Shown: positions 28,692-38,332 of the stretch, in pieces | How the letters are laid out: each line of letters begins with the position of its first letter | How positions within the stretch are numbered: position 1 is the first letter of the stretch | NCBI GenBank assembly: GCA_021813905.1 | Contig: JAKAJH010000005.1 | Coordinates: 26,788-90,787 of the forward strand | Direction of reading: 5' to 3' | Length of the DNA stretch: 64,000 nucleotides | DNA from: Bacteroidota bacterium | GTDB lineage: Bacteria; Bacteroidota; Ignavibacteria; UBA10030 | Position numbers and translations under genes: made by a program | Notes under the pieces: generated by a model | Database searches by the model: none | What the model was told of the DNA's origin: nothing | The model's input: only the letters and a program-made list of their open reading frames with translations

Positions 28692-30266
28692 TCAGAAATC
28701 CAGCACGCCGGCCAGCAGGTGGCCGAACAGATAGATCACGGCGACCGTCGCGAACCATCCGATGACCTCCAGCACCAGGCCGGATCGCACCATCTGGCGC
28801 ACGGTGACATAGCCGGTGCCGTGCACGAGTGCGTTCGGCGGTGTCGCCACCGGGAGCATGAATGCCATCGATGCGGCGACGGCGGCTCCGACCGCAAGCG
28901 TCACCGGCTGTCCGCCGGTGGAGCGTGCAAGAGCGATGATGATCGGCACCATCATGGTGGTCACCGCGGTATTCGACGTCACCTCCGTCAACAGTCCCAT
29001 GAACACCACAACCGCAAACAGAAGGACCATCGTGGACGGGGCACTCATGGCACCGATAAGCGACGCGGCGATCCACGATGCCACGCCTGTGCGGAACATC
29101 GCATCCGACAACGCGATGCCGCCGCCGAAGAGCAGCAGCGTTCCCCAATCCACGAAGCGTGTGTCTTCCCACGACAGTACGAAGCGCCCGGCGCGCCAGT
29201 CGACCGGAAGCAGGAACAGCAGCACCCCCGCCGCCAGACCGATGTAGTACTCGTCCACCCATGACAGACGCACCGCAAGAGCGTGCGGAACGATGTGCTC
29301 CCAAAACGGATTGCTGATCCAGAGCAACGCTGCCGTCAGGAACACGCCGACCGTCATCCATTCTCCCCGGGTCATCGGTCCCAGCGACGCGCGCTCGCGC
29401 AGAAATCCGTCCCGGATCTCCGGCCCGGCCGACACCACGTCCGATGGATTCGTCAGTCGCAGCACCATCCACGCGAGAGGAACGAACAGAATAACGTACG
29501 GCACGCCGATCGACATCCAGTCAAGGAAGCTGATGCCGCGAAACGACGGATCGCCCGCGAAGGCATCGTTCAGGATTCCGAGCGCAATGCCGTTCGGCGG
29601 AGTTCCAATGATCGTGCCGACACCTCCGATCGACGCCGCCCAGGCGATTCCCAGCATGATGTTGGTGCCGAAGCCGGAGGACCCCGGTTCGAGTTTCATC
29701 GACCGCAGCACGCCGAGTCCCAGCGGCAGCATCATGGCGGTGCACGCCGTGTTGGAGATCCACATGGACAAGAAAGCCGTTACCGCCATCATGGCCAGGA
29801 GAATGCGGGAGGGACTTTGTGCCAGCCGGCCGCGGGTGAGGAGCCAAAGAGTGATCCGCCGGTCGAGGCGCCACTTCTGCATCGCCGCCGCCAGCAAGAA
29901 TCCGCCGAGGAAGAGATAGATGACCGGATTGGCATACGGGAGGAGCGCGTTCTTCAGGGTGAACGCGTACGACGATCCGCCATTCGCGCCCGTCACCTGA
30001 AAGAGCGGAAGAACGACCGCCGGGAGCAGCGCGGTCACCGGCAACGGGACCGCATCCGAAATCCACCACACCACCATCCAGACGAGGAGCGCCAGCACGA
30101 CGGTCATCGAGAAAGCGACTCCGGCGACGTCCATCGCTGAAGGCCCTGCGCCGAGCCGGGCCTGCGCCGCCGCGAGAAGCGAGGGAATCGGCGGCAACAA
30201 CACGATCAGCGCGAAGAGCGCCGGTCCGACGGGAAGAGAGATGCGCCGCAGAAGCGAGGGAGGCAT
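28692..30266 (-). CDS. SLC13/DASS family sodium:dicarboxylate/sulfate symporter
   Basis: VWWISDAVP, FLGGF, SMWISNTA, GTIIGTPPN, TSNTA, FMLPVATPPNA. Confidence 0.95.
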   Translation of the reverse strand: MPPSLLRRISLPVGPALFALIVLLPPIPSLLAAAQARLGAGPSAMDVAGVAFSMTVVLALLVWMVVWWISDAVPLPVTALLPAVVLPLFQVTGANGGSSYAFTLKNALLPYANPVIYLFLGGFLLAAAMQKWRLDRRITLWLLTRGRLAQSPSRILLAMMAVTAFLSMWISNTACTAMMLPLGLGVLRSMKLEPGSSGFGTNIMLGIAWAASIGGVGTIIGTPPNGIALGILNDAFAGDPSFRGISFLDWMSIGVPYVILFVPLAWMVLRLTNPSDVVSAGPEIRDGFLRERASLGPMTRGEWMTVGVFLTAALLWISNPFWEHIVPHALAVRLSWVDEYYIGLAAGVLLFLLPVDWRAGRFVLSWEDTRFVDWGTLLLFGGGIALSDAMFRTGVASWIAASLIGAMSAPSTMVLLFAVVVFMGLLTEVTSNTAVTTMMVPIIIALARSTGGQPVTLAVGAAVAASMAFMLPVATPPNALVHGTGYVTVRQMVRSGLVLEVIGWFATVAVIYLFGHLLAGVLDF

Positions 30267-30376
30267 GGCTTAAACGTATGAAACGGGAGCGATAAACTCA
30301 AAGGAAACCTCGACACCTTCATTGCGCTTGCCGTATCTCCTTTGCACATTGTTCCGCCGGAGAAGGAGCCGTGACC

Positions 30377-30964
30377 ATGCCGCATTCCCGCACCATTGTC
30401 CGTTGCACCTGGGCCGGAAGCGATCCGCTGATGGTTCGCTACCACGACCGCGAGTGGGGCGTGCCGGTCCACAACGATCGCACGCTGTTCGAGTTTCTGC
30501 TGCTCGAGGGTGCGCAGGCGGGACTCAGCTGGAGCACGATCCTGCGGAAGCGGGAGGACTACCGGAAGGCGTTCGACGGATTCGATCCGGAGCGCATTGC
30601 GCGCTACTCGGCCCGGACGGTGGAACGCCTGCTGAAGGATGAAGGGATCGTCCGGAACCGGTTGAAGATCGCGTCGGCGGTGAGCAATGCGCAGGCGTTT
30701 CTGGCCGTGCAGAAGGAATTTGGATCGTTCGACGCATACATCTGGCGATTCGTCGGAGGGAAAGCGTCGCGGAATCGTCGGTGCACGCTGCGGGACGTTC
30801 CCGCCCGGACGCCGGAGTCGGATGCGATGAGCAAGGATCTGAAGCGAAGGGGATTTCGGTTCGTCGGATCGACGATCTGCTATGCCTTCATGCAGGCGGT
30901 AGGGATGGCGAATGATCACACCGCGGATTGTTTTCGGTATCGGCGTGTGATGAAGGCGCGGTGA
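30377..30964 (+). CDS. tag: DNA-3-methyladenine glycosylase I
   Basis: RCTWA, YHDREWG, LEGAQAGLSW, IVRNRLKI, FVGSTICY, NDH...C. Confidence 0.95.
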   Translation: MPHSRTIVRCTWAGSDPLMVRYHDREWGVPVHNDRTLFEFLLLEGAQAGLSWSTILRKREDYRKAFDGFDPERIARYSARTVERLLKDEGIVRNRLKIASAVSNAQAFLAVQKEFGSFDAYIWRFVGGKASRNRRCTLRDVPARTPESDAMSKDLKRRGFRFVGSTICYAFMQAVGMANDHTADCFRYRRVMKAR

Positions 30965-31044
30965 TCCGGACAATTTCTTCCTCCCGATGGCATTTCTGCT
31001 CTGCGCGTATGATATTGAAGGGATTTTCAATCTACTCATCTGAC

Positions 31045-33687
31045 ATGCTTTTCCGACGCGTAATTCTCATTCTCTCCGTTCTTGCGATTGTACCGCCATG
31101 CGTCACTGCGCAAGCGCTCGGATCCCTCACCATCCTGACCACCACTCCCTCCACCGTCACCGTCGCGGTCGACACCGACATCGTTGTCTTCCGCGCCTGC
31201 TCGGACCATGCTGTGATGGTGAACTTCCGCCCCGGCGGGATCAAGGATCCCGACACGCTGGTGGTGGGACCGACCACGTGGCCGGAGGTCACCGCTTCCA
31301 TCGATACGTCGGGCGATCCGATCCGCATTCAAACGTCCGGCTTTCGACTCGAGATCGACCGCACGCCGTTTCGCATCCACTTTCGCCGGAGCGACGGATC
31401 GTTGCTCTGCGAGGAACCGGCCGGCGGCGGGATCACGCCCAATATTATTTCCTTTTCAACCACCGGCGGGACGTTTTACGGCGTACATAACCGGAGTCAG
31501 GGAGTGCTCTCGGCCGGAACGGGCGGACCCGTATTCGCCGGGAAGCAGGGACAGGCCGGCGGACCTTTTGCCTGGACCACGGCTGGATGGGGATTTCTTG
31601 CCGACGCCGACGGAGGGAACATCACGATCGGCGCGTCGACATTCACGTTCGATCGTCCTTCCAACCCGTTGAAGCGCGACATCGAGTTCTTCCTCATCGC
31701 CGGAACACCGCGGGAGATCATGCGCGGCCTGTGCGAGGTTTCCGGCATGCCGCCGCTTCCGCCACGGTGGGCACTCGGATTCATGAACACGGAATGGGGC
31801 ATCGACCAGACGGAGTTGTTCAACGACATCCAGACGTACCGGAGCAAGTCCATTCCAATCGACGGCTACATCCTCGACTTCGACTGGATGGACTGGGGTG
31901 CGGACAATTACGGCGAATTCCGGTGGGGACCGAAATTCCCCGGCGGGCCGACGGGCGTGATCACCGACAGTCTCGCGCGTTGGGGCATGCACCTGATGGG
32001 CATCCGCAAGCCGCGCGTGCACGTGGCAACGACGCAGGGTGCGTACGCGCAGGGGCACAATTTCTTCCTGGGATACAGCACCGACTATTTCAGCAGGCAG
32101 CAGGTGGGATTGCTGAACTTCCATGATCCGGCCGTGCGGGAGTGGTACTGGTCCAGCTTCGCCGTGCGGAGCAATTCGTACGGGACCGGCATCACCGGCT
32201 ACTGGAACGACGAGGCGGACGAGTACGGCGGCAGTCTGATGTTCCTGCAGATGCAGCGGGCGCAGTATGAAGGGCAGCGCGCTTTCAACGATCAGCGCGT
32301 CTGGTCCATCAACCGGAATTTCTACACCGGCGCGCAGCGCTATGCGTACGGTCTGTGGTCGGGCGATATCGGCACCGGATTCAGCTCGATGGCGAATCAG
32401 CGGCTCTTCATGCTGTCGAGCGTGGCGCTCGGTGCCGCGTGGTGGAGCATGGATGTCGGCGGTTTTCACGGCACGCCGACGCCGGAGAACTATTACCGGT
32501 GGATCCAGTTCGGTGCGTTCGTGCCGGTGTTTCGCGTTCACGGAACCTTCAACGAAGAGCGAGAGCCCTGGTACTACGGCGCCGAAGCTGAGTCCCTGGC
32601 AACAACCGCGATCCGCCTCCGCTATCGTCTGCTTCCGTACATCTACGCGGCCGCGTGGGAGAATCACCTGACCGGACTTCCGATTGCGCGTCCGCTTGTG
32701 ATGGATTATCCCGACGACCCCGCGGTGGCCGAGATGTCCGCAGAGTGGTTGTTCGGACCCGATCTGCTCGTATCGCCGGTGGTCGCTTCCGGCGCGACGT
32801 CACAAAGCATCTACCTGCCCGTGGGCACGTGGTACGAGTACCGGTCCGGCCGCCGTTTCGTCGGACCGACGTCCGTTGCGCTTCCCGTCACACCGTCGGA
32901 TATTCCGATTTTCGTTCGCGCCGGCGCCATCCTTCCCCTTGCGCCGTCGATGCAATCCACGGCCGACTCCTGCCGGCTCGCGGAGTTCATCCTCGCCAGT
33001 TATCCGGATGGCGCAGGTTCGACCATCGTCCGCCTCGACGACGGGACAACGTATGCGTACGAACGCGGCGAAAGCGGTCAGATCGCGGTGACGCAAACGC
33101 GAAGCGACCGACAGGCAACCATCGCCGTGGGGGCGACGACGGGAATGTACCGGGAGAACTACCGGCGAACCGTCGCAGAGCTGGAATGGATCCCGGCGAC
33201 TCCGGATTCTGTAGTGCTCGACGGTGTTCGCGTCTTCCGGCAGGAGCAGGCACCGGCCGGCGAATCGCAATCGCCCTTCTGGACGGCGGATACCATCTCC
33301 CACTCCTGTCGTGTGCAGTGGCTTTTCGACAATGCTGCGCACACGCTGTGTGTGTATTTTCCCGTGGTCCCGACGGCCACTCCGCGCGATCGGTCGGACA
33401 TTCCGCGCGGATACCGGCTGTACCCGAACTATCCCAATCCGTTCAATCCGTCGACGCGCATCGCGTTCGACGTGCCGGAACGCAGCCGCGTTCACTTGTG
33501 GGTAAGCGATCTGCTCGGACGCACGGTGGACGAACTGATTGAAGGAATCGTTGAAGCGGGCGTTCGAACTGTGGAATGGCGGCCTGACACGTCGACGGGA
33601 ACATATTTTTGTCAGTTTCAGGCGCGCTCGGAAACCACGCCGGGGCGGGTATTTCGGGACATGCGCAAAATGGTCCTGGTGCGCTAA
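31045..33687 (+). CDS. secreted glycoside hydrolase family 31 with C-terminal sorting domain
   Basis: ILDFDW, GYWNDEAD (nucleophile), WSGDI, DVGGF, RWIQFGAF.P.FRVH, LRYRLLPYIY; CTD tail. Confidence 0.92.
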   Translation: MLFRRVILILSVLAIVPPCVTAQALGSLTILTTTPSTVTVAVDTDIVVFRACSDHAVMVNFRPGGIKDPDTLVVGPTTWPEVTASIDTSGDPIRIQTSGFRLEIDRTPFRIHFRRSDGSLLCEEPAGGGITPNIISFSTTGGTFYGVHNRSQGVLSAGTGGPVFAGKQGQAGGPFAWTTAGWGFLADADGGNITIGASTFTFDRPSNPLKRDIEFFLIAGTPREIMRGLCEVSGMPPLPPRWALGFMNTEWGIDQTELFNDIQTYRSKSIPIDGYILDFDWMDWGADNYGEFRWGPKFPGGPTGVITDSLARWGMHLMGIRKPRVHVATTQGAYAQGHNFFLGYSTDYFSRQQVGLLNFHDPAVREWYWSSFAVRSNSYGTGITGYWNDEADEYGGSLMFLQMQRAQYEGQRAFNDQRVWSINRNFYTGAQRYAYGLWSGDIGTGFSSMANQRLFMLSSVALGAAWWSMDVGGFHGTPTPENYYRWIQFGAFVPVFRVHGTFNEEREPWYYGAEAESLATTAIRLRYRLLPYIYAAAWENHLTGLPIARPLVMDYPDDPAVAEMSAEWLFGPDLLVSPVVASGATSQSIYLPVGTWYEYRSGRRFVGPTSVALPVTPSDIPIFVRAGAILPLAPSMQSTADSCRLAEFILASYPDGAGSTIVRLDDGTTYAYERGESGQIAVTQTRSDRQATIAVGATTGMYRENYRRTVAELEWIPATPDSVVLDGVRVFRQEQAPAGESQSPFWTADTISHSCRVQWLFDNAAHTLCVYFPVVPTATPRDRSDIPRGYRLYPNYPNPFNPSTRIAFDVPERSRVHLWVSDLLGRTVDELIEGIVEAGVRTVEWRPDTSTGTYFCQFQARSETTPGRVFRDMRKMVLVR

Positions 33688-33861
33688 CAGACCGTTATCC
33701 CAAATATTACCGGGATAACACGGCAGCCGCCGTGTATTGCGCTCACGAAACGTGCGACGCACCTAAGGTGCGTGGCACCGCGGGGGGGATGCTCCTGCAC
33801 TCAGGAAAGTCGAACCGCACCCGATTTCACTAACAGTACCCCCATCATCAGGAGACTCTTC

Positions 33862-35424
33862 ATGCTCAATCGCATCGTCGTCACCCTCGGGTGTTGGCTG
33901 TTGCTGGCCCTCCGCGCAAGCGCGCAGACGCTTGCCGTGGACGATCCCGTCCTTCGCAATATCTGGCATGAGGCGATGGATTCTTCAAGGCTCGAATTGC
34001 TCGGCCACCAGCTGCTCGATGTCATTGGTCCACGTCTCACCGGCTCGCCGCAGATGGAACAGGCGCACGAGTGGGCTGTCCGCACGTACGCGGCGTGGGG
34101 GATTGAAGCGAAGAAGGAGCCCTGGGGTCGCTGGCGCCGCTGGGAACGCGGTATTACGCATGTCGACCTGCTGGAGCCGCGCGTCCGCTCGCTCGAAGCG
34201 ACCATGCTCGCCTGGAGTCCCGCGACAAAGAAGAACGGCATAACTGCAGAACTCGTCATTCTCCCCGACGTCGACGATTCACTCGCCTTCCAGCGCTGGC
34301 TTCCGTCCGTGAAGGGGAAATTCGTGCTGATCTCCATGCCCCAACCGACCGGCCGGCCGGATAAGGACTGGGAAGAGTTCGCACTGAAGGATTCATTCGA
34401 CAGTCTCAAAGCGCTTCGCAGCCGGACGACCGATGCGTGGGCCGCCCGCCTCCGCAAGACCGGCTTCAAGGCCGACACGCTTCCGGACATCCTGGAGCAG
34501 GCCGGCGCGGCCGGTACACTGACGAACCGCTGGTCCTTCGGCTGGGGAGTGGACAAAGTGTTCGGCACCACCGCGCACAAGACGCCGGTGATCGACGTCA
34601 GCCTCGAAGACTACACGCTGCTCTACCGCCTGACCGAGTACGGCGACAAACCGTTGATCCGGGTGGTCACCGAATCGAAGACCGGGGACGAAGTCCCGAC
34701 ATTCAACACAGTGGCCACGATCCGCGGCACCGAGAAGCCGGACGAATACGTCATTCTCTCCGCGCATCTTGATTCGTGGGATGCCGGCTCCGGCGCGACA
34801 GACAACGGCACCGGAACCATCACCATGATGGAGGCGATGCGGATCCTGGAGAAGTACTATCCGCACCCGAAACGGACGATCATCGCCGGACACTGGGAAA
34901 GTGAAGAGCAGGGCCTGAACGGTTCGCGGGCGTTCGTGATCGATCACCCGGACATCGTGGCGAAGGCGCAGGCGGTCTTCAATCAGGACAACGGCACGGG
35001 GCGCGTGATCGGCATCGGCGCGCAGGGGCTCATCCATGCCGGCGAATTCCTCGCCCGCTGGCTGACGGAAGTCCCGTCGGAGGTCACGAAGAACATCCGT
35101 CTTGACGTGCCCGGCATGCCGATGGGCGGCGGAAGCGACAACGCCTCCTTCACTGCGGCCGGGGCGCCCGGATTCGGTCTGTTTTCGAATACATGGGATT
35201 ACTTCCTCTACACCTGGCACACCAATCGCGACACGTACGACAAGCTGGTGTTCGACGATCTGAAGAACAATGCCGTGCTCGTGGCATCGCTTGCGTACCT
35301 GGCATCGGAGGATCCGCAGTTCCTGCCGCGCGATCGCCGCGTGATGCCGGTCGATCTGAAGACCGGACAGCCGCGCCCGTGGCCGGAATTGCACGAGCCT
35401 AACCGGACCGGCGCACCCCACTGA
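33862..35424 (+). CDS. M28 family peptidase (carboxypeptidase Q-like)
   Basis: IGPRLTGSP, SAHLDSWD, GATDNGTG, SEEQGL, GSDN, WHTNRD. Confidence 0.93.
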   Translation: MLNRIVVTLGCWLLLALRASAQTLAVDDPVLRNIWHEAMDSSRLELLGHQLLDVIGPRLTGSPQMEQAHEWAVRTYAAWGIEAKKEPWGRWRRWERGITHVDLLEPRVRSLEATMLAWSPATKKNGITAELVILPDVDDSLAFQRWLPSVKGKFVLISMPQPTGRPDKDWEEFALKDSFDSLKALRSRTTDAWAARLRKTGFKADTLPDILEQAGAAGTLTNRWSFGWGVDKVFGTTAHKTPVIDVSLEDYTLLYRLTEYGDKPLIRVVTESKTGDEVPTFNTVATIRGTEKPDEYVILSAHLDSWDAGSGATDNGTGTITMMEAMRILEKYYPHPKRTIIAGHWESEEQGLNGSRAFVIDHPDIVAKAQAVFNQDNGTGRVIGIGAQGLIHAGEFLARWLTEVPSEVTKNIRLDVPGMPMGGGSDNASFTAAGAPGFGLFSNTWDYFLYTWHTNRDTYDKLVFDDLKNNAVLVASLAYLASEDPQFLPRDRRVMPVDLKTGQPRPWPELHEPNRTGAPH

Positions 35425-35435
35425 CGTGTTCAAGG

Positions 35436-35474
35436 AAAAGAAGGGCGGATCTTCCACGGGTCCGCCCTCTTTTT
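35436..35474 (+). terminator. rho-independent terminator
   Basis: AAAAGAAGGGCGGA...TCCGCCCTCTTTTT. Confidence 0.75.
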
Positions 35475-35559
35475 GTGCCCGAAACCGTGCATCACACGCA
35501 CGCTGAAACTCTGTCCCGACGCCGCGTGTTCTTCAATGCAGACACCATTCGGGACCACG

Positions 35560-36621
35560 ATGTCAACGCAACAGCAGGCTCTTCAGCGTTCTCCTCTTCA
35601 CCGCTCAGACACATCCGATCCACTGGAACACCGCAATCCGCCATCCATCTACTTTTGCGACGGCGATGACCGGAGCGAACCTCGTTCGCGTCACTCTCTT
35701 CCGCCGGAAACAAAGCTCGCGGTACGCGCACTCCACGTGCTCGACCCGCGCTGGAACTGGGTAATCGTTCTCTATTACACGCTCTGGCTGGTCAGTGCTT
35801 GGATTGCCGTCCATTCCGGATCATTTCTCGTACGGTTGGCCATGGCGCTGACGGGGGGACTTGTGCTTTCCACGCTCTCCGTACTCGCGCATGAGGCATC
35901 CCACAATCTCTTCACGCACCGTGCTTCCGTCGACCAGTGGTTCGGATTCTTTGCCGGCCTGCCGGTGCTGTTCTCGTCCGCCGGGTACCGCGTGATGCAT
36001 CCGCTGCACCACAAGTATCTGCGCTCGGAGCGCGATCCGGACGACATCGAAAACATCACGCGTAACTCCCGTCTGCTCCGGGTCGTGTACATCTTCGTCT
36101 TCGTCGCTGCGGTCTATTTGTATCTCGTGACGGTGCCGGTCAACGGATACCGGAACGGGACCCGGGAAGAGCGCCGCGCGATCCTTCTTGAACTTGGGGG
36201 GATGGTGCTGGTCCTGGGGGCGGCATGGACGCTGCTGCCGGTGACGGTCCTGGTGGTCGGGTGGGTCCTGCCCCTGCTCGTCGCCGGACAGATCGCCAAC
36301 ATCCGGGGACTGGCCGAACACGGATTGACAGCCACCGGCAATGAGCTGATCAACGCGCGGACGGTGACCAGCACTCCCGTGCTCTCATTCCTGATGTGCA
36401 ACATCAACTACCACCTTGAACACCATCTGTATCCCGGCGTGCCGTGGTACAATCTCCCGCGTTTGCACGAACTTCTTCAGAGAGAGGAAGAGCGGGCCGG
36501 TGCATCCGTGTATCGGGGGTACGGAGCGTTCCTGCGCGATGTGGCCCGCGTGCTCCTCCATGGCGTGACGCCGGGGCGCCGGCTGATCCCTGCGCACATC
36601 CGCGAACATGTTTGCGTCTGA
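35560..36621 (+). CDS. membrane fatty acid desaturase family protein
   Basis: Three His boxes HEASH, HPLHH, YHLEHH and TM helices. Confidence 0.9.
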   Translation: MSTQQQALQRSPLHRSDTSDPLEHRNPPSIYFCDGDDRSEPRSRHSLPPETKLAVRALHVLDPRWNWVIVLYYTLWLVSAWIAVHSGSFLVRLAMALTGGLVLSTLSVLAHEASHNLFTHRASVDQWFGFFAGLPVLFSSAGYRVMHPLHHKYLRSERDPDDIENITRNSRLLRVVYIFVFVAAVYLYLVTVPVNGYRNGTREERRAILLELGGMVLVLGAAWTLLPVTVLVVGWVLPLLVAGQIANIRGLAEHGLTATGNELINARTVTSTPVLSFLMCNINYHLEHHLYPGVPWYNLPRLHELLQREEERAGASVYRGYGAFLRDVARVLLHGVTPGRRLIPAHIREHVCV

Positions 36622-36684
36622 ATCCTGTATTCGCGATCATGCTCTCGTTCCCCTGAGGCGTTCACCGCAACCAAGGAGCGTGTC

Positions 36685-38118
36685 ATCGATCGTCTTCCCC
36701 GAATCCTTCTTGCCTGTCTGCTGCCGCTCCTGCCGGCACTGACGGCACAACCGGTCTGCACTCATCCGTACGATCTTGTCATCCGCAACGGCCGCGTCAT
36801 CGACCCCGAGCGCCGGCTTGACAGCGTGCTCACGGTTGGCATTCGCGGAGGAACCATCACGGCACTCACGACCGACTCGCTTCAGGCTCTGCGGACCATC
36901 GACGCCCGCGGACGTGTGGTTGCGCCGGGGTTTATCGATATCCTGTCGTATGATGCCGGCGAGATCGGCGCATGGAACAAGATCGCCGACGGTGTCACAA
37001 CCAACCTCTCCATGCACGGTGGCACGACCTCGCCCAAGGCCTGGTTCACCGACATGGCACGGCGACGCCTTCCGCTGAACTACGGCGCGTCGTTCTTTTA
37101 CATGCTTGCCCGCATGAAATTCATCGGCAACCGCTACGCGCACGCGTCGCCGGCGGTGATCGCAAACCTCACGACGATGGCGGAGACGGCGCTCAAGGAA
37201 GGGGCCCTCGGGATCTCATTCAGTCCCGAGTACGTCCCCGGCATCACGCCCGAAGAGGTACGCCCGCTCATGACGCTGGCACACCGTTACAACGTCCCGG
37301 TCTTCTTCCATGCGCGGTATTCGGATATGGAAGAGCCGGGAACGAACATCGACGCGCTGAACGAGATCATCGGCTATGCCCGCGAATCCGGAGCGGCCGT
37401 GCACATCGACCACATCAACAGCACCGGCGGCACGTTCTCAATGAAGCGCTCGCTCGCGATGATCGATTCCGCCCGTGCCCAAGGATTGGATGTCACCGCC
37501 TGCGTGTATCCGTACGATTTTTGGGGGACATATCTCAATTCCGCCCGTTTCGATCGCGGATGGCAGCAGCGGTTCCACATCACGTATCACGATCTTCAGC
37601 TCGGAGGATCGTCGGAGCGGCTGACGGAACAGAGCTTCAAGAAGTACCAGGCGCTCGGCAAGCTGGCCGTCGCATACGCGATCCCCGACGAAGACGTGCA
37701 GGATGCTCTTCGTGCGCCGTATGTCATGATCGGAAGCGACGCCTTGCTTCAGCCGGGTTACAACAATCATCCCCGCGCTTCGGGGACTTTCTCACGAACG
37801 ATTGGGGTCTACGTGCGCGAGAAGCACACGATCTCCCTGATGGATGCGCTCGCGAAGATGACGATCCTTCCCGCACGACGGCTGGAGCAGGCGTGCGATG
37901 CAATGAAACGGAAGGGACGCCTCCAGGTCGGCGCCGATGCGGACATCGTGATCTTCGATCCGGACCACATCCGCGACCGGTCGACTGTGGAACATCCGGA
38001 GCTGCGCTCTGCGGGGATCGACTACGTGCTGGTCGGCGGCAGGGTCGTGCTCGATCCGCACGGATTACACAAGACAGTCCGGATGGGGAAGGCGCTCGTC
38101 GGGAACGCCCGCCGGTGA
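36685..38118 (+). CDS. exported amidohydrolase (N-acyl-D-amino-acid deacylase-like); probable non-canonical ATC start
   Basis: YDLVIRNGRVIDP lies upstream of the first GTG (36826); VVAPGFIDI, IGSD, HPR..G, KGRL.VGADADIVIFD. Confidence 0.85.
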   Translation: MDRLPRILLACLLPLLPALTAQPVCTHPYDLVIRNGRVIDPERRLDSVLTVGIRGGTITALTTDSLQALRTIDARGRVVAPGFIDILSYDAGEIGAWNKIADGVTTNLSMHGGTTSPKAWFTDMARRRLPLNYGASFFYMLARMKFIGNRYAHASPAVIANLTTMAETALKEGALGISFSPEYVPGITPEEVRPLMTLAHRYNVPVFFHARYSDMEEPGTNIDALNEIIGYARESGAAVHIDHINSTGGTFSMKRSLAMIDSARAQGLDVTACVYPYDFWGTYLNSARFDRGWQQRFHITYHDLQLGGSSERLTEQSFKKYQALGKLAVAYAIPDEDVQDALRAPYVMIGSDALLQPGYNNHPRASGTFSRTIGVYVREKHTISLMDALAKMTILPARRLEQACDAMKRKGRLQVGADADIVIFDPDHIRDRSTVEHPELRSAGIDYVLVGGRVVLDPHGLHKTVRMGKALVGNARR

Positions 38119-38269
38119 AGGATGCGACTGCCGACCGCGTCGGCCCTCGCTTCCGCAGCGCTTCCCGCCATGGGTGAAATTTCCGGAAAATCGGTGTTCA
38201 TCGGAAGAATTTTCCGACCGGTTGACAGTCTCTGCTTCAATTCCCACATTGAATCGACATGTTTTTTCA

Positions 38270-38284
38270 TGGCATCGCGATTGC
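38270..38284 (+). promoter_or_regulatory. putative sigma-54 (-24/-12) promoter
   Basis: TGGCATCGCGATTGC (GG-N10-GC), about 50 bp upstream of ATG 38333. Confidence 0.55.
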
Positions 38285-38332
38285 GCCTCAGGGGATGGCA
38301 ATTTCTCTTCTTTCGAATACCGGGAGGCAACA

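Noticed and set aside
36619-36621. Selenocysteine or read-through fusion of desaturase and amidohydrolase (same frame, TGA)
   Set aside because: A separate RBS and signal peptide precede the amidohydrolase and no SECIS-like hairpin is evident; independent initiation is simpler
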